A stretch of 64,000 nt of DNA from Neoechinorhynchus agilis (GCA_051530055.1 CM121342.1:7820691-7884690), one strand, 5' to 3'; numbered from the stretch's first letter, positions 33,634 through 47,348 are shown. Notes: a model not told the origin generated them from the sequence alone. Numbers and translations: made by a program.

Positions 33634-33775
33634 TTATTGTTTAGAGGTCTTCACCCGGTAAAGAGTTTATTAAAGACGTTCTGTGAACGTCGTCGGGTCT
33701 TCTATTAATAACTAACAAACTGATAAAAAATTATTTACAGGGTAAAGACTTCTAAACAAACTCACCATATCGACA
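33634..33775. mobile_element. Decayed member of the 27.1 kb foldback family
   Basis: Shares TTATTGTTTAG..GTCT...GGTAAA...TTTATTAAAGACGTT and the CATATCGACA end. Confidence 0.7.
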
Positions 33776-34379
33776 TTATGAATCACTCTTAAAATTCTTG
33801 GTTTGCTCTTTATCTTCTCACAATTTAAAGGAACGCAATTTCATCATTAAAGCTCAATCGTTCTGTTAAAAAGAGACTGCTTTCGTTAGTTCATATCATG
33901 AAAAACTTTGTTGTTTTGGACATGCAAAATACGCTTTGTTCCGTGTTAATTTTTTGAAATTTTCCATCAATTCAGTGCGGAACGGATTTTACTTTTTGTT
34001 AGACATATTGAAAGTACTGTATAATAAGGAAAACATTGCCCTTTAAGTAATCATTTTAGATAACGCTGCAATTTGGGGTTTTTTCTCATCGAAATTCGAT
34101 AGTCGCAAATATCATCTTACCGGAATAAAAATTGATAGACTGAAGTTTAAGTAGAGTTTATGAATTAGTGCACATTGGTGCGTTTTACACTTTTAATGAG
34201 TAGAACAATCAGAGTGAATATGAGTATTCTACAAATGTTATTTGAGAGGTTTATTTCAGATAAAAAATACGGCTTCTTATGTTTCATTCGATCGTGAATC
34301 ATTTCAAAAACACGTTTTATTTATTTTGTTTACGAAGAGGACTAATGTACCTCTGGGTCCTCGTGATCACTTTAGAGCT

Positions 34380-34640
34380 GATGACGGATCCGGTGTGGAT
34401 AACGAATCCGGAGTTAATGACGGATCCGGTGTGGATAACGAATCCGGTGTGGATAACGGATCCGGTGTGGATGACTGATCCAGTGTGGATGACTGATCCG
34501 GAGTGAATGACGGATCTGGTGTGGATAACGAATCCGGTGTGGATAACGGATCCGGTGTGGATGACTGATCCAGTGTGGATGACGGATCTGGTGTGGATAA
34601 CGAATCCGGTGTGGATAACGGATCCGGTGTGGATGACGGT
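34380..34640. repeat. 18-bp minisatellite (GATGACGGATCCGGTGTG / GATAACGAATCCGGTGTG variants)
   Basis: About 14 tandem units visible directly. Confidence 0.95.
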
Positions 34641-35172
34641 CGACGACAGGTCGACGACGAGAGGATAGATAGGACTACAGCAACCACTTTAGCAAGTTTG
34701 TAAAATTTAGTTTGTTAAAATGAAAACATTTTGCGAATGAAAATAAATTGTGGTACTTAAATCGTAAACATGTGAAGGATATTTTGCTAACAATACATCA
34801 CACATTTTACCATTCTTTAAAAAATATGTTAGAAAAGATGTAAGGGGTGCGACCTGAAGTGCTCAGAAATCACATTTTTCGTTCTTGATACTTATAAACC
34901 ACTCATTTGTTCAGAAACACCAACTTTCTTCATACGAAAATGTAATCTACTATACCATTTTGTGCTTTCCGCACATCAAGATCAAAAGTTACTCTTAGTT
35001 GTAAAAAGTTTATTTTATACAGAAAATCCCGTAATAAGTGTTGTTTCAACTAAATAAGCATTATGGAGAATACATTGTAATTATATCATTTCTCTTTTCA
35101 AAAATTGTGAAATATTACACTTTTGAGAAGTAAAATATTACTGTAAAATTATTATTCGCTTCTGTGGCCGAA

Positions 35173-35408
35173 AATTGTTTGTTTATGACGACAAAATGAT
35201 ATAATATTATTAAATCTGATATTTCGACACAATCTCGTGCTTTTATCGAGGTTTTCTATGTGTTTTATTCGCATTTGAATGTACCCAATGCGAATAGAAC
35301 ACATAAAAAACCATGATAAAGGCCCGATATTGTGCCGAAATATCAGATTTAATAATATGCCATCATTTTTCTATATAAACAAACATGCATAATCAAATCT
35401 TTAAATGG
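35173..35408. mobile_element. Foldback element of the 7.2 kb family (decayed hammerhead arms)
   Basis: Arms at about 35173-35280 and 35285-35387 with GATAA...TGTG(C/T)CGAAATATC. Possible TSD TGGCCGAA/TGGTCGAA. Confidence 0.75.
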
Positions 35409-35779
35409 TCGAAGGTTAGGCAAATGTTTCATGGTAGTTGTGGTGGTGGAAAAGGTACGCTTCGCAACTGAACTAAAAATGTCTTATTTCATTCTTTAAG
35501 TCTCGTCAATCCATCTCCCTCCGATTTCATTCATATCTCGATGAGAGTCACGAGAGGTTGATTCATTCAACAAAGAAGAATGAATGTGGATGCTGTGCGG
35601 TAAACAATTGTACGAATCTCCCATTTGCGAACTCGGGGCTTAAACTACGCTTTTCATTTTAAGCCTAGTAAATGGGGTCTAAACTTTCAAGTAAATTTCA
35701 ACGAAAAAAGGTCTGCAGTTAACTTTGATTGTTTTACCTGAATTGCTCACCTTAGACGGAAGTTCCCACAAGATTAAGT

Positions 35780-36763
35780 ATGTTTGATGGATCTGTGATA
35801 CAAAATGATTTTCAATCACCAAATGCAAATCCATCGGGACCTCCATATTCAAAGCAGACATCTTCGATTCTTACGCCAAGACTGAACGACTTCTTCAGTT
35901 CTCGTTCCCCGCAGCCTGGAAAAACGAGCAACACAAGGGACCCGACAGCAAATAACCTTCGTACCGTTGGGTTTTCTGATCACGTCCGGACTGCTCCGTC
36001 CATTACAGAACCATCTCCGTTGCTTCAACCCTATCCATTACCCATGAGGCCTACAGTTTTAGCTCCTGCTCCTGTAAGACCAAATCTAAATAATGAACCA
36101 TCACAACCAGGAGTAGCAGCTCGTTCGACATTCAGTAATAACTTTTTTAGTCCAAAGCCATCGACATCTTCGGTAAAGTCAGATCAAATGCCCTCAACCG
36201 TTCAAAGGCAAAGTATAATAAATGTGCCTCCAGTGCGACCGAGCCTAGATCCAAAGCCTATTCCACCCGGAGAAGCTCTTCGGTCTACATTTGGCGACAA
36301 TTTCTTCACGTCAAACACACTCAATGCAGAGAAGGAAAGCGTACCGAGCACCATTCCAAACAAACAAAGTCCTATATCTCGTAAAAGTGGTACTCCTCAC
36401 GAGTCAATGCAACCAGCCGAAATGAAACCAAAAATTAGCAATGAAGGTGCTCCAAAGACGACAAGACGTAATGAACTCGGTGATTTTGTCGAAGAATTAA
36501 GTCATGCGAAAAATCAAGATCAAGCTAAGGAGACATTGGAAAGGATCATTAAGACGACCGGATGGAACCTTGAGGTATGTGAAAAACCGAAAACCAAAAT
36601 GAGGTTTGTTGTATTGGACGATTGGCACGTTCCATACATCAAGGATGGGCGTTACGCTGAACGACGTTCAGGTTCATCAATGGAATATGAGATGTTCTTG
36701 GCAGAGGGACGTATGCAACGAAATACGGACTTTTATTTCCGTGACAAAATAAGATTGCCGTAA
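35780..36763 (+). CDS. Unknown protein or large last exon; Pro/Ser-rich with a more ordered C-terminus (327 aa)
   Basis: Long open frame in AT-rich DNA. No family recognised. Confidence 0.6.
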   Translation: MFDGSVIQNDFQSPNANPSGPPYSKQTSSILTPRLNDFFSSRSPQPGKTSNTRDPTANNLRTVGFSDHVRTAPSITEPSPLLQPYPLPMRPTVLAPAPVRPNLNNEPSQPGVAARSTFSNNFFSPKPSTSSVKSDQMPSTVQRQSIINVPPVRPSLDPKPIPPGEALRSTFGDNFFTSNTLNAEKESVPSTIPNKQSPISRKSGTPHESMQPAEMKPKISNEGAPKTTRRNELGDFVEELSHAKNQDQAKETLERIIKTTGWNLEVCEKPKTKMRFVVLDDWHVPYIKDGRYAERRSGSSMEYEMFLAEGRMQRNTDFYFRDKIRLP

Positions 36764-37439
36764 GTATTAAATGCAACGACATGCAATTACATTTAAATTA
36801 GTTTACATTTGCGAAAAATTTAATCAAGTGTATTTTTTGTTCGATTGGAAGACCTAAAGCACGAGAGCCAGAGGTAAAAACGTTGTCGACATTAAACTAT
36901 ATTTGATACTAAGGCTTATTTTTATTAGGTAAAGGTCGTGAATATCCTTAATTTTTCATATACTCTAAAGTGCGGTATGATAAGAAAACTAGTTTTCACC
37001 AGTGTACTTTATTGTAATATTGGTGCTGACGAACTTGTCCTTTTAAAACTATCCGAGCGAGAGATTTTCTCTCATCCTCTCTCTTATGAACGTCTATTCT
37101 CTGCTCAAATCAATGAACAGTAAACGAGAATCGACCAAGTATTCCACTCTTATTGATGTTGCACAAAAAAGTGATTTGAACGAGCTACTGGAACTCTAAA
37201 GGACTTATTAAGTGAAGCGGTGAGCACAGAGCGGAGGCTATTAAGTGTGAAATGGAAACTATTAAAAGTGAACAGTTGGTCGAAGTCAAAAAGTACAAAG
37301 GGAAAAACGCTAACGGTTCAAAGGGGCAGACAAAGGTTTCAAAGCTGAATTCTAAGAAGCAGAATAAAGGTTTACAGAAATCGGATAGCAAAGTGGCCGC
37401 AAAGGAGAATACGGTTAATAATAACACGTTTATTGAATA

Positions 37440-39800
37440 CAAAGAAAGGTTTAGGATTACCCATGTACCTTTGGGTCCTTATCCGTTAATATGGATATAT
37501 GCGGCCGAGGGATGCCCGTTCGGGAGGTAATATCTGGTCGGTGGGATTCCTATTCGGATGGGAACTATCCAGTCGGGGACTGCTCGTTCGGGTGAGAAAT
37601 GTCCGTTCGTTTGAGAATATCCGGTCAGGTTGAAAAGTCCGTTGCGGTGGGAATTGGTGTTTATTGTTTGCAGGGAGCGCTTGTAAGGTTGGTCCACAGA
37701 AAAAGGAGCGTAGGTACAGGGAGGTGCGAGGTTGATGGAGGATGAAACGAATTAGGATTACGAGATTAGTGCTCGTGTGAAAAGGGGGCGATATGTTGAC
37801 GAAATTGTGGTGCTAGGGTTGAGAGGGCATTCGGTGAGAGGGGGAAAATAAGTTGTCCAAATTTTAGGTGCTCTTTTATGAAACATTTCAAGTCGACGGA
37901 TTTGAAATGGTTGCAAAATACGGGGTAACCGTAGGTGAGAGATGGTAAGATAAAGCAGAGGTAAAATTTGCAGAGGTCGGGTGGAGGCACAAGTCCTATT
38001 TCAGATTTGATTGAAATTGGAGACCCAGAATTCTTAGGGAGGTGACTCGTAGGATGTCATTTAGAATCTCGGGGGAAGATGTAGGGTTGAGGGAGAGTGA
38101 AGGGATCATTTCGAAATATTTAGAGAAATTAAGGTAGAGTTTGTGATTGGTGCAGAAATCTTTTATGCGTTTGATTTCGTTAGAAGTTAAGGAAAGGGAG
38201 AGGTTCGGTGGTGAATGGATGATATCGTCGGCAGATAATAAAAGTTTAGAATGAGAGGAGAGAGGAAAGAGGTTTGAGGTTGTTTAGGAATATATTAAAA
38301 AGAAGTGGTGACAGCAAGTTGAGATACGCCTTTGGTGAGGGATACAGTGATCGAGGAGGTAGATCGGCAGTGAATGTATTGTTTGCGATTGTGAAGGTAA
38401 GATTCGAGCCAGCGGATCTGCCACAAGTTTAGACCAAAATCGGAGCAGGCCTGGAGAAGGAGTGAATGGTTAACGGAGTCGAATGCTTTCGCTAAGCCCA
38501 GTTGAATGAGACGAGTGACATGAAATCGATTATTGTCAAGGTTACGTAGGAGCGTGATATAAATGCAGAGTAGGGCATCTTTTGCCGAAAATTTGGATCG
38601 GAAGCCGAATTGTAGCGGCGATAACTTGTCTTTGAATAGTGAAATAAATCGAGATTTAAAACATTTTTCGATGATTTTTGAAAGAGTGAGCAGAATGGAA
38701 ATTGGGCGGAATGATTCGGCCGAAATGGGATGCCCATTTTTCGGAAGAAGGATAACTTTAGCAGTTTTGAGCCCTGAGGGGGAGATGTCATATAAAAAGC
38801 TGAGGTTTATAATGATGGTGAGAGGGCCTAGCAGTTCTGGGATGATGTAGCGAAGAGCCCAGTTTAGGATTTCGGATTGAGAGGACGAATTTCGAGGTAA
38901 TTTTATGAGTTACTGTAGTACTTCATATGATGAAACTAAGGGGAGTATCGGTGATTTGACAAAAGTTTCAGGTGTGGGCGTGAATGATTGTGTGGTATCT
39001 GATGTTGAGCAGTGATTGTAAATTGAATCAGGACAGAGGCTCGGATTAATGGAATCTAGAACTTGTTTTAATTCAGTGGAGGACAAATTAGGGAAGGGAT
39101 CCGGGTGGCGTGGACCAACAGTGTTCTTGACGGACGTTGAATTGCCACCTAAATGAATTTTGGAGAATAGGGCGTTTTTGCGGGCGGCAAGTATTTTGTT
39201 AGTGCTTTATTGTAAACGGGGAAGTCTGGAGAGTTATTGCGATCGGCCTTAGAAGCTTGCCTTTGTAGAAGTTTCAAGATGGGGTTTATCCATGGTGGGC
39301 CGCGGTTGGAGTCCCTAATGAATTTCTTGGGAATTTTCGAAGTTATGGAATTTTTTATGATTGAGATTAGGGATGGCATGGCTGTCAGAATGAAATGTGC
39401 GAATATTAGAGTTGAACAATTTTATGAAAATTTAGATGTGATGATCACGTTTATCCCAAACGGATAAAGTTGAAGATTTTATACGTTGGGGTGGGGTGGT
39501 GGGAGTAATAAAAACAGAAGAGTGGCATTAGTTCGCTTGGGGAGGGCTTTAGAGGCGGATGAGTAGGTGTCGATATTTGTGAACACTTTGTCGAGGTGAG
39601 CGTCAAGACGAGCTGGGAAGTCAATAAGTTGAAGCAACTCGGAGAAGGGTGGAAGAGGAAATAGTTTATTGAAGTCCCCTGCAATTAAGAAATGGTGTGA
39701 ATTTGTGGAGTTTATGAGCTCGAGAGGCCGGAGGGCGATAGACGTTAGCAATGGTGAATTCTCGAAGACTATTTCTTAGAGGACCTGAGAAATAGAAGCT
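37440..39800 (-). mobile_element. CR1/L2-like LINE (APE, RT and C-terminus; frameshifted)
   Basis: IANVYRPP, LIAGDFN, HLDKVFT, PPWINPIL and FILPSLTYG motifs. Confidence 0.88.
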
Positions 39801-40269
39801 AGTGTCCGATAAGGTTCGAAACGTCTTTAATAAATAATCATTTACCGGATGTAGAGCTAAAAAATAATTCCAAGTTAAAGTCACCTTTGAGTATCATTTT
39901 TTAACCTTATTTTGAACTAGCATAATAATGCCATCTCAGATTATGTATTTAATTTTAAATCTGGTTCAAAACCTTGATATATGTGCAAATGACTCCTAAA
40001 TTCCCTTAATTAGGATTTGAGCGGCCTTTGTGCCATCACGCACGGCACCTGCGAATCCTAGGCATTCTTTATTTAAAGCTAAATTGGTCGAAACGAGCTT
40101 GTTGTGAAAGAAATTTTATAAAAAAGTAATGGAAAACGGGTAGTAATAAGCATTAAATCGGTAGCTTATGGGAGATAAAAAGAAATTGTGATAAGTGATT
40201 TATGCAAAATGACATCGTATCTAGTAAAAAGACAGGTAAAGATTCTCCTACTCATTTCGACATTTAGCC

Positions 40270-41200
40270 CAAGTCCTCTATGTCTTTGATAACTTCACCT
40301 TCACCAATCGCTCTATATTTCACTTCTTGGTTCGTCTGAGAGCCATAATCCCATCTCTAGCGAACAGGTTCAAGGAAAAAACTACAAATCCGCAATCCTT
40401 TCGCTTTCCAGCGCATAAGGTTCGTTTTATTTCTAGGATTTTTCAACGCTAACCAAAATGTGGTGCCTCTCTGAAGATATAATCTTTTCTCGATCTTCAG
40501 CACTCTTGTAGAAGAATCCTGCGTTGAATTCGGTATTCTCAAATTCAAATGAAATATTACAAATACCAATAAAAGCATTTTTGGTTCGATGCGGCATGTC
40601 AGGATGACGAGTTCCATGGTCTAGGATGAGACCACGAACCAATCGAGTGCCCATTTCGCGTTCAAGAGGCATTTCGATTACTTAAATCATTTTCAGGTCG
40701 CACGAGTCTTTATCATGGACAATATTGATTGCGTCCACTATAATTTGTGCCAAATGTTCGGCTAGTTTAGCATTTAGTTTGGTACCGACGGCTGTACGGA
40801 CGACTTGTTCCAAGATGTATGGCATCTCGGCCGAAGAAACAGCTACTTTTAGCTCATCGATCGAGCACCTGGTTCCGCACGTTGACCAAAACATTGTGAG
40901 ATCCTCTCTGCTTGCCCCATGAGTTCCCCGATTATTAGTACAATCAATGTAGCCCCATCGGCAATCGTACTTTCTTGAGCGCTTGCAGCTCTCGAAACGA
41001 GACTTGCTATTGTTGAATTTGAATTTCACCCAGTAGAACAGATCCATCATTGGTTATTTTGATATCACCTGCAGCTGAAACGAACACAGGGCCCACTATT
41101 TCCACCTCGACAAGCCGAGGCACTGAGAAGAAAATCTTCTGACTGCCGTTTGGAAACTCTCCCAAAATTCGAGGCCTTTGGAATCATGTTAAATTAAACA
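40270..41200 (-). pseudogene. CCT6: Chaperonin CCT6 (TCP-1 zeta) pseudogene, N-terminal part
   Basis: AGDIKITNDGSVLL; VLIIGELMGQAE; VRTAVGTKL; DLKMI*VIEM; RGLILDHGTRHPDMP; FFYKSAEDREK; GIMALRRTKK*NIERL. Has in-frame stops, frameshifts and short deletions. Confidence 0.85.
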
Positions 41201-41822
41201 TGGAGTCTATGTGTGTTTTGCTAAAAAAATAAACAGTAGTCACCATACTGCTTCTTGATGTCATAGAGAATTGTCGTCGGAGCGAATTTCAAACTTCACC
41301 TTGGCATTGCCCGTCTTAATAGATAAACAACCAAAAACAAAAAATCGATATCCAAACGCAGGGAGTACGCACGAAATCAACGTCGTACTCGGGCCTAGCG
41401 GACCTGCGGATCCGAGCTAAAAGGCCTAACACTCAGTGTGTGTATTTTTTAGACAAGACTGAAGAGTTGAGCACAACGTTCACGAAGTATTTCTAATAAT
41501 AATTATGTCAATGCAAACTTATCCGGGGGTAACAAGTCGCCAAAAAACGAAAATAATAAATGTTCAGTTGACGTAAGGCCCCGAGTGCAGCAGAAACAGG
41601 GGAGCGACGCGAGAGGATTTTCCTGATACAAAGAATAAGCCTCGCAATCCAACGAGGAAATGCGGTCAGCGTCCGGGGGACGATTTAATCATTTTATTAA
41701 TTGTCATCAATTCACTAAAATAAGGTCCACTATTAGCTTTTCAACTACAAACTTCTCTCAAGGCCCCAAGCGAGCGCTATGCTTTGTTTATTAAAACCCA
41801 AAAAAACGCAGTTCTTACATTT

Positions 41823-44800
41823 TTATGATGCTGTTCGACAACTCACTTGATTTTCAGTTGAAGTTGTGCTTCTAGTGCTTCGGCATCCCATTGGTCTGAA
41901 AATGAGACGAGAAGCAATGCTGCACATTGGAAGGAAAAAAAGAGTTGAATTGGCCCAACTGGTCATCATAATAATCATTAAAAACAACCCCATCTGTGAG
42001 AACGACATAAGGATAGACGGAGATAGTGACAATCCTGCAAGAAAAGTCGTGAACGCTGCCATAAAAACCGCCACTCCGACCTGGTGAAGGGCGTTTTTTA
42101 TAGGTCCTTCACAGTCGGTCTCGCGCATGATATCTACTTGTCCATTTTCATGTTTATCAAGCATTTCGATATCAACTGAATTCGATTGTGGTATGCTTCG
42201 TTCGTCCAGCGGATCTGCAATGTCACTATGAAGAAGCGATACACCATAATGAACGGTAAAATCCACTGACAATCCGACAGCAGTGATCATAATGATTGAT
42301 TCCATTACGTTCACACGCCAACCCATCAGAACGAACACGGCAATGGTTTCAGCCAGTGTAAAGGTTATCGAAGTGATCGCAAATAAAGTGATCAGAACGT
42401 TTCTTATTCCTGTTGTTATCAAGAGAGCTATGGCTACGATGAGTATAGAAACAGGTACAGATTGATATGTTCCGTTAATCATGGTAGTGGTTGTCCATGA
42501 TTTATAGGACGATCTTCAATTTATTCAAAGAATTAAGGTGGTTTTTAATTGATGGAAGTTGGCGTAATCTGTATCTGAGATAGAAGACTACTTAAAGCAT
42601 AGCATTTTTATACACATAAAAGAGTTTCAAGTAACTTAATTTTTTATAGATGCTTTAGATGGCAAAACATGTCTTTTTAGAAAGATGTTTTACAAATTGT
42701 TTAGAACTTATTGTGTCGCTTTAGCTGGTTTTATTGTTTCATGAAATAGAAGTTAATTGTTAGTTTGAATTTCCAAGGTCATTTTAGAACAAATACTGTC
42801 CAGAGATTTAAAGTTTTGTTCATTCTGTGCACAAAGAAATCCAGTGAGAAGTTTTAAAAGCCACCGACGCAATGTTTCGCCTATTAAATGTAGTTCGTTT
42901 TTAGCGTTTCGATCCTACGATAGCCTAAATTCGGAACTCGTAAAAGTATGGTTCATCGGATCTAGAGTGTTTTTTCTTTGGGAATGGAAACGGCGGATGC
43001 TGGCGCCAATGAAGACCTAATAAAACTGAAATGAAAAGTGAAAAACAAAGACGCGATAGGCATCGATCTCATACGCTATCGGGTACAAAGAGGAAAATGT
43101 GGGTAGCAATTCAAAGGAAAGGTTCAAATGTCAGCATTTAAAATGCAAATAAGTTCAGATTTTTTGAAGTCCGATAAACCCACGTTGTTTATGTGCTTAA
43201 TTTTTCCATCAACAACCACAACGCGACGAGCCTTTGAAGGTCAAAGGGTACAAGAGCATTGGATACGTAAAATCCGCGTTTTAGAATTTCGTTAGTTGCA
43301 CTCAGGTTGGCATAAGCGCTTTCCATTTTACTAATGTATTGGAAAGTCTGATCATAATTACCGAATGTAGCATTTGCGTTGGCCAAAAACACAAGTCCGC
43401 CGAGTAAAATTTTTGACTCATGTTTATAGGGTAAAAGCCAAACCTTAAATTTCAAAAACAACTTCGTAAAACTTGAACTTTGATCTGAACTTCGTTTACC
43501 CATGAAACTTGAGAAACTGGATTCGAATTGGTCACCACCGCCAATTGCTCCGATCAACAACCTCCAGTCGCTTTTAATTTGAGCTCCATTGATAAATAGG
43601 TTAGATTCCAAGAATTTGGTAATGAATACCTTTTCAAACCACTCAATGTTGTCTTTTGTGAACAACGGATCTTGTTCTATGTTTCGACTTTCTCTAAAGA
43701 ACTTTGCGTTTGTTTCAAAAGTTGGTTGAAGATGTGAAGACCTCTCTCTGCCTTCTACTCCAAAGACAAAATATATTGCTGGATTGTGTGATTCTTTGAT
43801 CTTATAATGCTGGTAGGCTGGAATCTTGTCTTTGAGATTAAATTCAAAATTTTCAGTCAGATGATGAGAAAAGAATCTTTGAGCCATGATAGATTCTGCT
43901 GCTCGCATTCTTGGATAGACAAATACTGCAATAAGACCGCATATACCAAATACAATGAACGCGATTGTCAAGATGTATCGACCACGGATTATAACGAATG
44001 GAAGAAGTTTTCGAAATATTGTATTTGAGAAAGATATAAGTTTTTTATCCAGGGCTGTTTTAATTTTCAAAATGGATTTATATTTGAGAAGTCCACTGAG
44101 TAGATTAGTATCTCGTCCAAGAACTAGAATCGCCGGCACGATTGTCACCGAGAACAAAAAAAGAAAGACGATGCATAGTCCTAGGTAAAGGCCAAAGAAT
44201 CGAAGGTAGACTACACGACTTAGCATGTTGGTAAAGAATGCTGCTGCGGTGGTTGCACTCGTTGCAAATAGAGCTGCAGTTGCATGCCGGACGACATGTC
44301 CTGGTAATGTCAGAAAACTTTAACGGATTTGGTAGTTCGGGACCCGAAACAAGCAAAAGATTTTTGTCGAGAATTATAGAATTTTATTTTGCAAACATCA
44401 CTTATGATCCAGTCTCACCAAAAAATAAAGACGCCACAGATGAGACGTTATATAAAAACCACAAAATGCCTGTATTTATTCTATATTTCACCGCTTTTAA
44501 CGGTTCCATCAATTTCTTCGTTTTTATAAGAAAAATGTCCCAATAATTTTGTTTTTCTGAAGACAATAAACAAGTTTTTCCAAAAATTATATTATTTATA
44601 GTATTTTGTGAGGTTAGCGAATCGATTTTAGGAACAAAAAGGGCTTCACAAATACTGCACTGAGTATTGATGAACAGAAATGTAAGAGGAAAACTCAGTA
44701 CGAGTTGAATATTTTCGAAAGCATAACAGTGGGAGAGAGAGCATTTGATCGTTGATGACCAAACATTTCTACAATTAAAGTTTTCTAACTGGACTTGGTT

Positions 44801-47348
44801 CTCGCCCTTTCTCCATATGTCCATATAGACAAAAGCGTTATCACAAGAGAGTCCAATAAGAAGGAACGTTCCAGCCATGTTGATATATGGAAACAATTCA
44901 ACCTGAAGGATTACCCGGTAGACGGTGTAAGCACACGACATGGACAATCCAACATTTAGTACAGTGACCAAACAAATAAATAGGTTTCCAGTGTAGATCA
45001 TTGAGACCGTTAGAGTGAGAAACACAGCTAGAGCCGTAAAGTACATGTCGTTCTTGACCTGTTGCATCGCAATGTATAAACGACTATGTGCCATGTTGAC
45101 GGCCGTCAATCGTAGAATTCGATGTTTGAGTGATGCTGAGTTTTTCTTGAGCCATTTTGTAATGGTAGTGAAATGAACATAACTTTGGTGATGAGCTGAT
45201 TTTTGAGCTTCACTTTGTTGAAACGGCATAGACTCATAAATAAGAGACAACTCTGCTCCACTGATTTCAAGTTTCGGAGTAATCCAAATGGATGCGATCC
45301 ATGCGCTGGAGGCATTCATAACAGTGAAATACTCAAGCGATTCGTAAATGGACGTATGAAAACAGGCTGATTGGCACATTTGTTGGTGCTGAAGATACAG
45401 TGCGCTTTCGGCTACGAGTTGTGGAATAATTGTTCGGTACAGACCTAGACATGATTTTAGAAGATTAACAAAACTATCGATCTGCTCGTCTGTTAGATTC
45501 GAACAATGAGTGTTAAAGTATCTAGCAGCTCCGGTTGCTACACTTCTCGGTCCTTCGGATTCTATGCTCGAATTCCCAAGTACTGCCATTAAATCGCTTC
45601 CATATTCACATATTGATCTTATTAAAGTAGCAACGCTAATGCCTCCTTTAGGTACTGGTTCAAAATACAGCTGATACGATCGCCCTAAATGAGAAAATCG
45701 GTAGTCTCGGTGCACAATCATAAATCAGAAGAGACAAATGGATTGAACGACGATCGTGCTTTTTTTTAAATCTTACAACGAATCAAAAACCTTTATTCGT
45801 AGATGAAAATAAGAACGACAATGGAGAACTAAACATATAGCTCACGATGATTCAGGGAAAAGGGTGTAAAAAAATTAAATATCGGTGTAATGTAACGTGA
45901 ATAATAGTAAAAGGGTTCAGTAAAATTGCATATTTGTAACATGAGACACTCCTGTAAAAATCATTTCAACTGAACTTGAGTAACAGCTTTTATTCGATAA
46001 AAGGCTTATGGTGTATTTGCAAATCAAATTAATTGAAGTTTATTGACAGACTCCAAAAATTAATAAACTAATAAAATCCATTAGATAGGAGTCGGTAATT
46101 GTTATTTAGATATAACAAAGGGTTTAGAAAACCTTTCAAATTCTGACCCGATTAAGCAAAAGCACACGATGTCAACTGCATTTATGACCATTTGTCTTGT
46201 TTCCAAAATAAAAAAAGTTGTGATAATTCCCAAATTCACTATTTCTCTCGTTTTCCTTCAAAATATATTGTTGTCCCTAGTAAGAATACGGATTTCTCCA
46301 GAATAAACTCTTCTATATAAAATACTGCACATTTTCTGTGTCTGCAATGTTTCTTTGCCAACCTAACATATTTTTTGTCTTTATCCTTAGTTTTTAGCAT
46401 ATTTGAGTATTGTTGAAAAAAGACCTATAATCCTGATTTCTGTGTGAGCTTAATCTTTTTATGCCTGGGTGCGGGAATTCCGATTAAGAACCACTACATT
46501 AAAAGTTCCGTTATAATCTACTTTGAAATGCAACTAAAAAAACCTTTAAAGCAAAATTATCTAATTGCTTTAAAGCGAACCATGACATTTAAAATGAAAT
46601 TTTCAAATATAATCTAAATTAAATGGTAAAAAATGGTTCATCAAATAAACTCACTTAGGTCAAGAGGATATTGTGATTGGTTGCTAATACTTGCGCCGGT
46701 TCTTTGTTCCGCAATTGAATTCGTTGGAACAAGATTAAGCAGATCTGGTAGCATCATTGCACAATATTTGTTAGCATTAGAGGAGTTCATCATTATGATG
46801 ATATCTGTAGTTGGAAGCGCTGAATTCTCATTAAATCCCAAAGCACAATCGTGAAGAAGATTGTTGATCGGTCCTTTTTCTGAACAAACTTCCGACGAAG
46901 GCATAGTATTGGTATGCGCAGAAACTTGTGCAATGCCCAAATCATTAAACACTCTGTTCTTGATTTCGATGAAGACTAACATCTTCCCGGTCATCGTATC
47001 GTTGCCATCAGCGTAGAATCCCTACACGAACAGTAGTTACAAGAGTGTTTAAAAAGAAAGCTTATACTTTCGCTGGATCGGAAAAGTCAGGTAGTTGATA
47101 AAGAGCCAGTCCGCATACTCCAGTTGTAAGAGCAAAACCAAGAACGATCGATACAACAATCCAAGGATGACCGGTTATTAACCGGCTATATCTAAAAAAA
47201 TTTAGTTAAAAAAGACGTTTGCTTACCAACAAAAGAATACGTACGCTAGATTTACAGTTCGCTCAATACAGCATAGTCTAGATGCTATTTTTCGGTTAAT
47301 ATCGAGAACCGTTGATCTACTCGTGGGTTCATCTCCATGCTTAGTCAT
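41823..47348 (-). CDS. DISP1: Dispatched-family sterol-sensing/RND membrane protein (multi-exon; exact structure unresolved around 44.3-44.8 and 42.5-43.2 kb)
   Basis: TM1 followed by LPDFSDP; FPYINMAGTFLLIGLSCDNAFV; RHATAALFATSATTAAAF; AVGLSVDFTVHYG; FSQMGLFLMIIM. Short GT-AG introns. Confidence 0.9.

Noticed and set aside
34380-34640. CRISPR-like array (also considered for 51.5-54.0 and 61.5-64 kb)
   Set aside because: No unique spacers, no cas genes, and a eukaryotic context.
40660-40700. In-frame TAA at a conserved Glu of CCT6, suggesting a non-standard genetic code
   Set aside because: The same relic has frameshifts and a CGA>TGA stop. Long host ORFs are stop-free, and the apparent TAG in KICS2 near 60715 is a splice acceptor.
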